From: Acidobacteriota bacterium
GTDB lineage: Bacteria; Acidobacteriota; Vicinamibacteria; Vicinamibacterales; CAVVIG01
Length of the DNA: 64,000 nucleotides
NCBI GenBank assembly: GCA_018268955.1
Contig: JAFDVO010000035.1
Coordinates: 27,427 to 91,426 of the forward strand
Direction of reading: 5' to 3'
Part shown: one piece after another, positions 40,678 to 49,690 of the stretch
Layout of the letters: each line of letters starts with the position of its first letter
How positions within the stretch are numbered: position 1 is the stretch's first letter
The notes under the pieces: model-generated
What the model was told of the DNA's origin: nothing
Databases searched by the model: none
The model's input: the letters and a program-made list of their open reading frames with translations, nothing else
Made by a program: the position numbers and the translations under genes

Positions 40678-40758
40678 CCAGCAGCCGGCCCGGCCGGCAC
40701 ATGGCGGCGCGGACCCCGGTCCGCGCCGCACTTCACTCAAAGGAGTGACTGCGGTTCT

Positions 40759-41769
40759 ATGGTGATGTGGCGACAGGCACTCGCCGTCGTGTCAGCCCTG
40801 CTGCTGACGACGCCGCTGTTGTACGCCCAGCCGAAGGACCAAACAAGAAAGCTCGCGAACGACGAGAAGAAGGAACTCCTCGCCATCACGGCGCTGCTCG
40901 GCGCCGCGCAGCCCCCCGCCAACGAGCTGGCCCTCACCTGGGTCGGCAGCGACCTCCTCAAGGCGCAGGGCAACAAGGAATACATCCCGTTCACGCTGAC
41001 GCTCGACGCGTCACGGCTCAGCCAGCGCCGTGTCGCGCTGTACTGGCGCGTCGTCCCGCGCACGCCCGGCGAGGAACCGCGGCCCGCGCGCAAGGATGAC
41101 AAGGCCGCGTCCTATACGTTCGAGAACATCCACATGGTCGACCTGCCCGCCGGCGCGATGGTTCGGGTCAGCCGCTCGGTGGTCGTACCTCCGGGCGAGT
41201 ACGACCTCGTCGTCGTCGCCAAGGAGCTCGAACAGAAGCGACGGGCGGAGGGCGGCACGGTCGGTTACCTCCGACAGCCGCTCACGGTGCCGGACCTCTG
41301 GAACGGTGAGCTGACGACCAGCTCGGTGATTGTGGCGGAGCGGATCGATCAGTTGAGCGCCCCGCTGACCCCGGCGCAGCAGGAGGAGCGGCCCTACGCG
41401 CTGGGCAACATGGAAATCGTGCCGGCGACCGGCACGCGCTTCACGAAGAAGAACGATCTCTCTGTCTTCCTCCTGATCTACAACGCGAAGACCGACCCGT
41501 CGACCGACGCGCCGAACGTGGCCGTCGAGTACAACTTCTACTCGGTCGTGAACGGCTCGGAGAAGTTCTTCAACAAGACGACCCCGCAGGCACTCAATGC
41601 GCAGACGCTGCCGGCGGGGTTCGACGCCACGGCCGGCATGACGAACGGGCAGACCATCCCGTTGGCCTCCTTCCCCGAAGGGGACTACCGGATGGAGATC
41701 CGCGTAACGGACAAGCTCGCGAGCAGATCGATCACCCGGGACGTGAAGTTCTCCGTCTCGGGCACGTAA
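40759..41769 (+). CDS. secreted hypothetical protein, paralog 2
   Basis: Signal peptide. LALTWVGSDLLKAQGNKEYIPFTLTLD aligns with LGLTWLRSDPMQAQGDKNIMAFALSLD in paralog 1. C-terminal PEGDYRMEIRVTDK...FSVSGT. Confidence 0.65.
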   Translation: MVMWRQALAVVSALLLTTPLLYAQPKDQTRKLANDEKKELLAITALLGAAQPPANELALTWVGSDLLKAQGNKEYIPFTLTLDASRLSQRRVALYWRVVPRTPGEEPRPARKDDKAASYTFENIHMVDLPAGAMVRVSRSVVVPPGEYDLVVVAKELEQKRRAEGGTVGYLRQPLTVPDLWNGELTTSSVIVAERIDQLSAPLTPAQQEERPYALGNMEIVPATGTRFTKKNDLSVFLLIYNAKTDPSTDAPNVAVEYNFYSVVNGSEKFFNKTTPQALNAQTLPAGFDATAGMTNGQTIPLASFPEGDYRMEIRVTDKLASRSITRDVKFSVSGT

Positions 41770-41808
41770 ACGCAGATCGGCGGGACGGCACCCGCGGGTT
41801 CACGAAAG

Positions 41809-43740
41809 ATGGCAGGAACACCCAGCGTTCTGGCGTCGGCGGCGGTCGGCACCCTGCTGGTTGCTGGCACCACGACAGGAGCGGCGGCCCAGACGCGGCC
41901 CCCGGTCGCTCCGATCGTGCGCCCAGTCGCCTCTGCCGCTCCTGGTGCGCTCTCCGGGGTCGTTCGCGACGAGCGCGGGCAACCGGTCGAGCATGCCGTC
42001 GTCTCGGCCCTTGGCGCCAGCACCACGGTCGCCGTCACTGACGCTTCAGGCCGGTTCGAGTTCGGTGCGTTGACGCCCGGTCCGTATCTCGTTCGCGCGC
42101 ATCTCGCCGGCTACGTGGCCCCGCGTGCACAGATGGTCGAGGTCCGGTCGAGCGCCCGGGCTACCTCCGCGATTGCCGTGCGGCGCGAAGGGGCCGCCCC
42201 GATCCTCGCCGCCGGATTCGGCGTCCCGTCCGATCTCGGCAGCGTGCCGACGACCAGCACTGCGGAATCCACGTCCGCGAGCGGTCAGCCACCTGAATCG
42301 GCCGCATCGAACCCGCCAACGGATACGGAGAACCACACCGAAACGGCGTGGCGCATCCGACACGGTCGCCGCGGCATCCTGAAGGACGCGACGCTACCCG
42401 AGGATCTGGCCGCGGCCGACGATGACCGCGAGCCGGCCTCGATCTTCGCGCAACTCGCCGGTACATCCGGGCGCGTGGCCAGCCTCTTCACCGAGGCGCC
42501 GCTCTCCGGCCAGGTGAACATCCTCGCCTCAGGCGTCTTCGACGCGCCGCAGCAGCTGTTCTCGAACACCACCGTGGCGCGCAACACGACCAACGTGCGG
42601 GTCGGCGCCCCCGCCGGGGACAACGCCGACTGGACGGTTGCCGGGGCGCTGAGCCAGGCCGACATCTCGTCGTGGGTCGTTGCCGGCGCCTACACGATGC
42701 GTGCGCCTGCGCGGCACCGCTACGACATCGGGATGAGCTACAGCACGCAGCGCTACGGTGGGGGAAACCCCTTGGCGCTGCGTGACGTCACGGACGGCAG
42801 CCGCAACGTCGGAACGGTCTACGCCTACGACAGCCTCACGCTGGCACCCGCCGCAACGGTGGCCTTCGGAGCGGAGTACGCGCGCTACGACTACCTCGCA
42901 AGCCGCTCGCTGCTCAGCCCGCGCGTCGAGATGACGCTCTCGCCCGCGGCTCGGACCCGCATCACGGCCGCCGTCTCCCAGCGCGCCCTCGCCCCGGGTG
43001 CCGAGGAGTTCCTCGCGCCGCCCGACGGCGGAATCTGGTTGCCGCCACAGCGTACCTTCTCACCGGTCGATTCGCGGCAGGGGTTCAAGGCGCAGCGGAC
43101 GCTCGCCGCCTCTGCCGGGCTCGAGCGCGACTTCGGTGTCTCCACGCTTGCCGTGCGCGGCTTCAGCGAACGGGCCGCCGACCAGCTCGTGACCGTGTTC
43201 GGCGCAGAGCTGCCAGGGGAGCCGACCGCGAAGGTCGGCCACTACCTCGTGGGCAACGCGGGGCAGATGGACGTGCGCGGGGTCAGCGCCGAATTCCGTG
43301 CGGTGATCGCCAGCCGGGTCCATGGCTCACTGCGCTATTCGGTCGCGCGCGGACAGCTCCTCCGGTCCGGTGACGACACGCTCATGCTGCTGGCGCCTGC
43401 CGCAGCCGCAGGAGGCACGGCCGCCATCCAGGACGTCACCGCCAGGATAGACGCGGATGTCCCCGAGACGGCCACCCGTGTCATGGTCCTGTATCGGCTC
43501 AGCAACGGCTTCATCCCGCCCGCAGGGGCGGCGGCGTCATCGCCCGGCCTCGATGGACGTTTTGACGTGCAGGTCCGGCAATCACTGCCGTTCCTGAACT
43601 TCACGAGCGCGCGCTGGGAGATGCTGCTGGCCGTTCGCAACTTCTTCAGGGACGCCACCGCCGAACAGGCATTCGTCGACGAACTCTTCGTCCTCCGTCC
43701 ACCCAAGCGGGTCGTCGGCGGCGTCACGCTGCACTTCTAA
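41809..43740 (+). CDS. outer-membrane beta-barrel protein with N-terminal carboxypeptidase-regulatory-like domain
   Basis: Signal peptide. GVVRDERGQPVEHAVVSALG...TDASGRFEFGALTPGPYLVRAHLAGY (CarboxypepD_reg). C-terminus ends in VTLHF. Confidence 0.65.
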   Translation: MAGTPSVLASAAVGTLLVAGTTTGAAAQTRPPVAPIVRPVASAAPGALSGVVRDERGQPVEHAVVSALGASTTVAVTDASGRFEFGALTPGPYLVRAHLAGYVAPRAQMVEVRSSARATSAIAVRREGAAPILAAGFGVPSDLGSVPTTSTAESTSASGQPPESAASNPPTDTENHTETAWRIRHGRRGILKDATLPEDLAAADDDREPASIFAQLAGTSGRVASLFTEAPLSGQVNILASGVFDAPQQLFSNTTVARNTTNVRVGAPAGDNADWTVAGALSQADISSWVVAGAYTMRAPARHRYDIGMSYSTQRYGGGNPLALRDVTDGSRNVGTVYAYDSLTLAPAATVAFGAEYARYDYLASRSLLSPRVEMTLSPAARTRITAAVSQRALAPGAEEFLAPPDGGIWLPPQRTFSPVDSRQGFKAQRTLAASAGLERDFGVSTLAVRGFSERAADQLVTVFGAELPGEPTAKVGHYLVGNAGQMDVRGVSAEFRAVIASRVHGSLRYSVARGQLLRSGDDTLMLLAPAAAAGGTAAIQDVTARIDADVPETATRVMVLYRLSNGFIPPAGAAASSPGLDGRFDVQVRQSLPFLNFTSARWEMLLAVRNFFRDATAEQAFVDELFVLRPPKRVVGGVTLHF

Positions 43741-43746
43741 ACCGAC

Positions 43747-43772
43747 GCGCCATCCGGGATTCCGGATGGCGC
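43747..43772 (+). terminator. perfect 11-bp-stem hairpin after the beta-barrel gene
   Basis: GCGCCATCCGG-gatt-CCGGATGGCGC. No U-tract follows, so terminator function is uncertain. Confidence 0.35.
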
Positions 43773-43880
43773 GAACAAAAAGCCGAATATCATCGTCGTT
43801 CGGCTCCATTCCCGTCGGAAATTGAACGCCACCTTACGACCGGCCCTCATAGGATGTGACCATACGCGGCGTGCATCGTC

Positions 43881-46800
43881 GTGCGAAGCGCGATGAGCAC
43901 GTCCAGATCTGCGTCCATGGGGCCGTCACCCGTCACCAACCCGATTCACATCGAGCCTGCTGCGTCCGGCGGACTGTACCGTCAGGACGCGCGCGAGCCG
44001 CTGTGGCGAACCTGGGCGCGCCCGCTTTTCATCGTCGCGATCCTGAGCGTCCTGGTATCGCTCGGGATTGCGAACGTCGTGATGCGGGCCCGGTGGCATG
44101 AGGTCGAGGACGGCGTGCTCTGGGGCGCTCGCGCACAGGGGGTCACGGCCCTCGAAGTGGCCATCGACTCGCCCGCGGCGACCTCGGGCGTGCGGCCGGG
44201 CGACGTGCTGCTGGCGGTCAACGGTGAGCCGATCGAGACCCCCGCAGACGTCGTCGAGTACCAGCATCGCGGCACCGCCGGCCTGACGCTCACCTACACG
44301 CTGCTGCGCGTGGGCAGCCGCGAGGCCATCGAGGTGTCACTGGCGGAATCGGCCCGTCCGGCATCGATGTACTTCGTCCTGGCGGCCGTCGGGCTGTTCA
44401 CGCTGATCGTGGGGGCGTCGGTGCGGCTGCGGCGACCGCGCGATCAGGCGACGCTGCACTTCTTCTGGCTCTGCGTCGCATTCTTCGGCGCCTTCACGTT
44501 CTCCTTCAACGGCCCGTTCGACCGGCTCGACTGGATCTTCTATTGGGGCGACGCGGTGTCGATGGCGCTGCTCCCGCCGTTGCTCCTTCACTTCACGCTC
44601 GTGTTCCCGGAACGCCCTGGCCTCGGGTCCACGGCGCTGCCGCTCCTGCGTCGCTGGCTTCCCGCCATGTATCTGCCGGCGATCGTGCTCGGGGCTGCGC
44701 GGATTGCGGCGATTGCGAGAGGCGCATCCGACGGTGCCCTCCTCTCGCGGACGCTGGACCTGCTCGATCGGCTCGAGCCGGTCTACCTGCTGGTCTGCGG
44801 CATTGCCGCCGTCGTGGTGCTCGCGCGCGGATTCCGGGAGATCTCCTCGCTCACTGGTCGGCGGCAACTGCGCTGGATCGTGTGGGGGTCGGTCCTCGGC
44901 GTTGGTCCGTACGCGTTGTTCTATGCGCTCCCGTGGGCGCTTGGCGCGAACCCACCACTGGCGCTCCAGCTCACGGCGATCCCGCTCGGCCTGGTTCCCC
45001 TCGCGTTTGCGTCGGCCATCGTCCGGTACCGGCTCCGCGACGTGGAGGTCATCATCAAGCGCGGCCTTGCCTACACCGCCTTCCTTGCCGCGAGCGGACT
45101 CCTGTACCTCGCGATGCGGAAGGTGGTGGGCGTCGTGTTCGCGGACGATGCCGATCAGCACAACTGGATCATCGCGGCGCTGGCGACGATGGTGATCGTG
45201 CTGCTGGCGCAGCCGGTCAAGGATGCCGTGCAGAATGCGCTGGACCGCGTCTTCTATCGCGACCGCTACGACTACCGGCGTGCGCTGGTTGGGTTCGCGC
45301 GCGACCTGAACACGGACCTCGACGTGGTGAGGCTCAGCCAGCGACTCGTCACCCGCGTGGTCGAAACGCTCGTTGTCGACCAGATGGCGCTGATGCTCGC
45401 CGACGAACGTCGCGGCGACTTTGCTTCGATTGGCGACTTCGGATTCGCCCAGCCGGTGCCGGGCCTCTGCCGCACGTCCTCCTTCATCTCGAGGCTGGAT
45501 ACGAACCACACGATCGCGCTCGACGATCCGATCGCGGCGGCCCGGTTCGACGCGGAGGAGGTCGAGTTCTGGCGCGACCGCGGCATCTACTACTTCGTGC
45601 CCTGCGTATTCGAAGGCGCCGCGATTGCGGTGCTCGCCCTGGGGCGCAAGGAGTCGGGAGAACCGTTCAACAGCGAGGACCTCGCGCTCCTCACCGCTGT
45701 GGCCGGCCAGGTGGCCACCGCGATCGAGAACGGTCGGCTCTACCGGCAGCTGCACCTGAAGGCCGAGGAACTCGGGCGCATGCGCGAGTTCAACGAGAAC
45801 ATCCTCGAGTCCCTGGACGACGGGCTCGTCGTGTTCGACGATGAGGAACGGATTGTCCGGTGGAACCACGCGCTCGAGGCGTTCTACGGGGTTGCCCGTG
45901 CAGACGCAGTTGGGCGTTCGCTCCGTGACGTGTTCGACGCGGAGTTCGTCGAGGCGCTGCGTGCCGCTCGCGAAGAGCATCCACTGGGGGCCACCCTGTT
46001 CAAGGTGCCCCTGCAAAGCCGGCTGGCAGCCGACCATGGCGAGGCTGCATCACGGCTGCTCGTGAACGCCACTGTCGTTCCGCTCCAGGCGCACGCGGGC
46101 GGCGACCTCGTGGAAGGCACCATTCTCCTGCTCGACAACGTGACGGAGCGGATCCATCTCGAGGAGCAGCTGCAGATCTCCGAGAAGATGGCGTCCATCG
46201 GCCTGCTGGCTGCCGGCGTGGCACACGAGGTGAACACTCCGCTGACTGGCATCTCCAGCTACACGCAGATGCTGCTGGAGAACGCGGACCCCGCGGATCC
46301 GAGGACGCAGGTGCTCGAGAAGATCGAGCGGCAGACCTTCCGGGCCGCGAAGATCGTGAATGGGCTGCTCACGCTGTCCCGCCCGGGCACGCCAGGCGGC
46401 GAGCGGACGGCTGTCGATCTGAACAGCGTGGTGAACGATGTCTACTCGCTGCTCGAACACCAGTTCGAGGTCGGCCGCATCAGGGTCCGTCGTGAGCTGT
46501 CGGCCGAGCCGTTGCTGGTCTTCGCGATCGAGCACCAGCTCCAGCAGGTGTTCCTCAACCTGTTCCTGAATGCGCGCGACGCCATGCCCAAGGGCGGATG
46601 GCTCACCGTGTCCACCCGGACGGATGGGGCGTCGGTCATCGCCGAAGTCGCGGATACCGGATCGGGGATTCCGCCCGAGCAGCTTGCGCGCATCTACGAC
46701 CCGTTCTTCACGACCAAGGCGATTGGACGCGGCACCGGGTTGGGCCTGTCCATCTCCTACGGCATCGTCCGCGAACACGACGGCACGATCCGCTGCGACA

Positions 46801-46883
46801 GCACGGTCGGCCAGGGCACGAGGTTTACCCTGGCGCTGCCGGTCCTTGCACAGCCGGTCCGACGGACCGCGGCCCGTACGTAA
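43881..46883 (+). CDS. polytopic sensor histidine kinase with PDZ, GAF and PAS domains
   Basis: 1000-aa ORF with an uncertain start. PDZ-like GVRPGDVLLAVNGEPIE. About 8-10 TM helices. GAF block (...ALGRKESGEPFNSEDLALLTAVAGQVATAIEN). PAS. H-box GVAHEVNTPL. N and G boxes DTGSGIP and GTGLGLSI. Confidence 0.85.
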   Translation: MRSAMSTSRSASMGPSPVTNPIHIEPAASGGLYRQDAREPLWRTWARPLFIVAILSVLVSLGIANVVMRARWHEVEDGVLWGARAQGVTALEVAIDSPAATSGVRPGDVLLAVNGEPIETPADVVEYQHRGTAGLTLTYTLLRVGSREAIEVSLAESARPASMYFVLAAVGLFTLIVGASVRLRRPRDQATLHFFWLCVAFFGAFTFSFNGPFDRLDWIFYWGDAVSMALLPPLLLHFTLVFPERPGLGSTALPLLRRWLPAMYLPAIVLGAARIAAIARGASDGALLSRTLDLLDRLEPVYLLVCGIAAVVVLARGFREISSLTGRRQLRWIVWGSVLGVGPYALFYALPWALGANPPLALQLTAIPLGLVPLAFASAIVRYRLRDVEVIIKRGLAYTAFLAASGLLYLAMRKVVGVVFADDADQHNWIIAALATMVIVLLAQPVKDAVQNALDRVFYRDRYDYRRALVGFARDLNTDLDVVRLSQRLVTRVVETLVVDQMALMLADERRGDFASIGDFGFAQPVPGLCRTSSFISRLDTNHTIALDDPIAAARFDAEEVEFWRDRGIYYFVPCVFEGAAIAVLALGRKESGEPFNSEDLALLTAVAGQVATAIENGRLYRQLHLKAEELGRMREFNENILESLDDGLVVFDDEERIVRWNHALEAFYGVARADAVGRSLRDVFDAEFVEALRAAREEHPLGATLFKVPLQSRLAADHGEAASRLLVNATVVPLQAHAGGDLVEGTILLLDNVTERIHLEEQLQISEKMASIGLLAAGVAHEVNTPLTGISSYTQMLLENADPADPRTQVLEKIERQTFRAAKIVNGLLTLSRPGTPGGERTAVDLNSVVNDVYSLLEHQFEVGRIRVRRELSAEPLLVFAIEHQLQQVFLNLFLNARDAMPKGGWLTVSTRTDGASVIAEVADTGSGIPPEQLARIYDPFFTTKAIGRGTGLGLSISYGIVREHDGTIRCDSTVGQGTRFTLALPVLAQPVRRTAART

Positions 46884-46904
46884 TCGACCGTCACTCCGAC
46901 ATCC

Positions 46905-48332
46905 ATGCCGAACACCCGCAAAGGCTCGATCCTCGTCGTCGACGACGAGGAGATCATGCGCGAGATCCTGGAGACACTGCTTACCCGCGAAGGGTACGAC
47001 GTGAAGCTCGCCGCGTCAGGCGAGGAGGGGCTGGAACTCGCGCGGTCGCTGCCATTCGACGCGGCGGTGGTCGACATCATGATGCCGGGGATCAGCGGCA
47101 TCGAGACGCTGGATGAACTTCGTCGCATCGACGAGGAGCTGCCGGTCATCATCATCACCGCATACGCGTCGGTCGAGAGTGCGATTGCCGCGATGAAGAC
47201 CGGCGCGTTCGACTACATCACCAAGCCGTTCAAGAACGACGAGGTGATCGTCGTCATCCGCAACGCGATGGAGCGGCGCCGTCTCGTCAACGAGAACCGC
47301 TCGCTCAGGCAGAACATCCAGGAGCGGTACCACAAGTTCGCCAACATCATCGGGCGCAGCCCGAAGATGCGGCAGGTGTTCGACCTGATCATCCAGGCCG
47401 CCCCGAGCCGCTCGAGCATCCTGATCCAGGGAGAAAGCGGCACCGGCAAGGAACTGGTCGCACGGGCCATCCACGCGAATTCCTCACGGTCCGAGCAGCC
47501 GTTCGTCGCCGTGAATTCCGGGACGGTCTCCGGAGAGCAGCTCGAGTCCGCACTGTTCGGCCACGTCCGCGACGCGTTCGCCGGCGCCGTCTACCCGAAG
47601 AAAGGGCAGTTCGACCTCGCCGACCACGGCACGCTGTTCCTCGACGAGATCGGCAACGTTCCGCTCGACACCCAGGCGCGGCTCATGCGGGTCATCCAGG
47701 ACCGCGAGTTCACGAGGCTGGGCGGCGTGGAGTCCGTGAAGGTCGACGCCCGCATCATCGCCGCGACGACGATGGACCTGCGGCAGATGATGGAGGAGGG
47801 GAAGTTCCGCGAGGATCTCTTCTACCGACTGCACGTCATCACGATCTCGATGCCGCCGCTCCGCGCGCGCAAAGACGACATCCCGCTGCTTGCGCAGCAC
47901 TTCCTCCGCAAGTACGAAGAGGAGAACCACAAGGCGGACCTCGAACTCGCCCCTGATGCGCTCGACCTCCTCACGGAGTATGACTGGCCGGGAAACGTTC
48001 GGGAACTCGAGAACGTGATCGAGCGGGCGGTCGTGCTCGCGTCAGGCCCGAAGATCGGTGCGGAGCTCATTCCCGATCACGTGCGCCGGGCGCCGAGCTT
48101 CCACATGCCGCAGTTCGTCGTGCCCCCAGAGGGGATCTCGTTCAAGGACGTCATCACCGACTTCGAGAAGCGACTGATCGAGTCGACCCTCGAGGCCGCA
48201 GGCGGCGTCCAGAAGCGCGCGGCCGAACTGCTGCACATCAAGCCTACGACGCTGAACGAGATGATCAAGCGGTACGACATCCGTCCCCGGCGCAAGCGGC
48301 AGTCTGGCAACGGCGACACGACGGCTGACTGA
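46905..48332 (+). CDS. NtrC-family response regulator (REC + AAA+ sigma-54-interaction domain + Fis HTH)
   Basis: 475 aa with ILVVDDEE...D57-type REC, GESGTGKELVARAIH, RIIAATT and C-terminal RAAELLHIKPTTLNEMIKRY. The GAFTGA position reads DAFAGA. Confidence 0.85.
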   Translation: MPNTRKGSILVVDDEEIMREILETLLTREGYDVKLAASGEEGLELARSLPFDAAVVDIMMPGISGIETLDELRRIDEELPVIIITAYASVESAIAAMKTGAFDYITKPFKNDEVIVVIRNAMERRRLVNENRSLRQNIQERYHKFANIIGRSPKMRQVFDLIIQAAPSRSSILIQGESGTGKELVARAIHANSSRSEQPFVAVNSGTVSGEQLESALFGHVRDAFAGAVYPKKGQFDLADHGTLFLDEIGNVPLDTQARLMRVIQDREFTRLGGVESVKVDARIIAATTMDLRQMMEEGKFREDLFYRLHVITISMPPLRARKDDIPLLAQHFLRKYEEENHKADLELAPDALDLLTEYDWPGNVRELENVIERAVVLASGPKIGAELIPDHVRRAPSFHMPQFVVPPEGISFKDVITDFEKRLIESTLEAAGGVQKRAAELLHIKPTTLNEMIKRYDIRPRRKRQSGNGDTTAD

Positions 48333-48373
48333 GTCCTCTGTCGCCTCCGTCGTCGAGCTTTTCGACGCAGGCT

Positions 48374-49690
48374 CTACGTGCGTGCCGGTGCGTTCCTGAC
48401 CTTCGCGAACGTGCGCTCGAACTTCCCGAGCACGACGTCCCACCGATAGTTCTTCCGGACGTAGTCGCGTCCGTTTCTGCCCATTGCCGCCCGAAGGCGC
48501 GGGTCGGCCACGAGCAGCTTCAGGCACTCAACGAACTCGTCGCGGTTGGCGTACCAGAGGCCGCCGTTGCTGCGGACGCAGTGTTCGACGAGCACCTCGC
48601 TCCGGGCGTTCACGAGGACTGGTGTGCCGACGGCCAGCGCCTCGAGGGCCAGTAGCGACAGGCTCTCGTACGGGGAGGGGCAGACGACCACGCTGGCGGC
48701 TTCGAGCGCCTGGATGCGTTCGCTGTCACTGAGCAGGCCAGCAAAGCGGACGGCCGGGTCCTCGGGCAGTGCCATGAGCTTCGCGCCCATCAGCACGAGG
48801 GCTGCGTCGCCGCCCTCGCCCACGTAGGTGCTGAAGTACTGCAGCAGTTCCTCGCAGCCCTTGCCAGGGTCGATGCGGCCGCCGTACAGCGCGAACGGCC
48901 CGTGCAGGCGATGTCGCCTGCGGAACACCGCTCCGCGTGACGTGAGGTGCGACGGGAACTCCCGCGCGCCCGGCTCTGCCGCCTGCGTCTCGGACGACGC
49001 CGTCTCGCCGCCGCCATCGTCTGCGGTCGGGGCGGCCTCGTCGTCCACGCGCTCTGGCATCCTCGGGTACGGCTGCTGCTGCGGGATGTCGATGCCGACA
49101 CCCACCAGTTCCTCGAGCAGCGGGCGATCCGGGAACTGCTGCTGGACGAACTGCCGCTCGGCGTCCGTGAGGTAGAAGATCGCCGCGGGCTTCGTGAAGA
49201 CGTCCTTGTAGATCCCGAGGTGGATCGCCGGCTCGTCGTGCGCCGTGGACACGAGAATGCTGCGGCCGGGATTCACCTCGAGGCCAAGCACCGTGGTGGC
49301 GTACAGGTAGGTGAAGAAGACCAGGACGTCGTACTGCTGGTGGTGCCGCTTGAGGTGCTCGATGAGTGCCGGGCACCAGGGGCCCTGCTGCTTCAGCCAC
49401 TCCATCTCGTCCTGCGACGTGTGCGCGTGGTTGAAGATCCAGTCCGAGTACTTGTTGAAGGCGTCGAGCTCGCGCGTGCGCGTGCTCGCGAACCGGCGGA
49501 CGGTGACGCCCTTCACCCGGTCGGTCCCCTCCGGGTATTCGTTCTTCCACGTGATGTAGTCCCGCGCGCAGGTCGTGAGGACGTCCACTTCGTGCTGCGT
49601 CGCGAGCCGCTCGGCCAGCAGCCGGCAGAGCTGCTCGGATCCGCCGAGCACGTCGGCGCCATAGCGCTGGATGACAAAGGCAAGCTTCAT
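48374..49690 (-). CDS. GT4-type glycosyltransferase (paralog class A, copy 2)
   Basis: 438 aa from the ATG at 49690 (MKLAFVIQRYG). EX7E motif PYESLSLLALEALAVG. ATGA overlap with the upstream gene. Confidence 0.75.
   Translation of the reverse strand: MKLAFVIQRYGADVLGGSEQLCRLLAERLATQHEVDVLTTCARDYITWKNEYPEGTDRVKGVTVRRFASTRTRELDAFNKYSDWIFNHAHTSQDEMEWLKQQGPWCPALIEHLKRHHQQYDVLVFFTYLYATTVLGLEVNPGRSILVSTAHDEPAIHLGIYKDVFTKPAAIFYLTDAERQFVQQQFPDRPLLEELVGVGIDIPQQQPYPRMPERVDDEAAPTADDGGGETASSETQAAEPGAREFPSHLTSRGAVFRRRHRLHGPFALYGGRIDPGKGCEELLQYFSTYVGEGGDAALVLMGAKLMALPEDPAVRFAGLLSDSERIQALEAASVVVCPSPYESLSLLALEALAVGTPVLVNARSEVLVEHCVRSNGGLWYANRDEFVECLKLLVADPRLRAAMGRNGRDYVRKNYRWDVVLGKFERTFAKVRNAPART

Noticed and set aside
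43773-43800. Second hairpin AGCCGAA...TTCGGCT that, read on the minus strand, is followed by TTTTT and looks like a minus-strand terminator.
   Set aside because: No minus-strand gene lies upstream of it in that orientation, because the histidine kinase is on the + strand. It is most likely part of the + strand terminator or attenuator region after the beta-barrel gene.
44337-46037. 566-aa minus-strand ORF inside the histidine-kinase gene. Similar antisense or off-frame ORFs lie within the SNF2, purB, acs and MCM genes (for example 13449-14945, 62326-63282, 10966-12081, 33207-34250).
   Set aside because: They show no recognisable motifs and have a biased R/E/D/H/V composition. Each overlaps a gene with strong family signatures on the other strand or in another frame.
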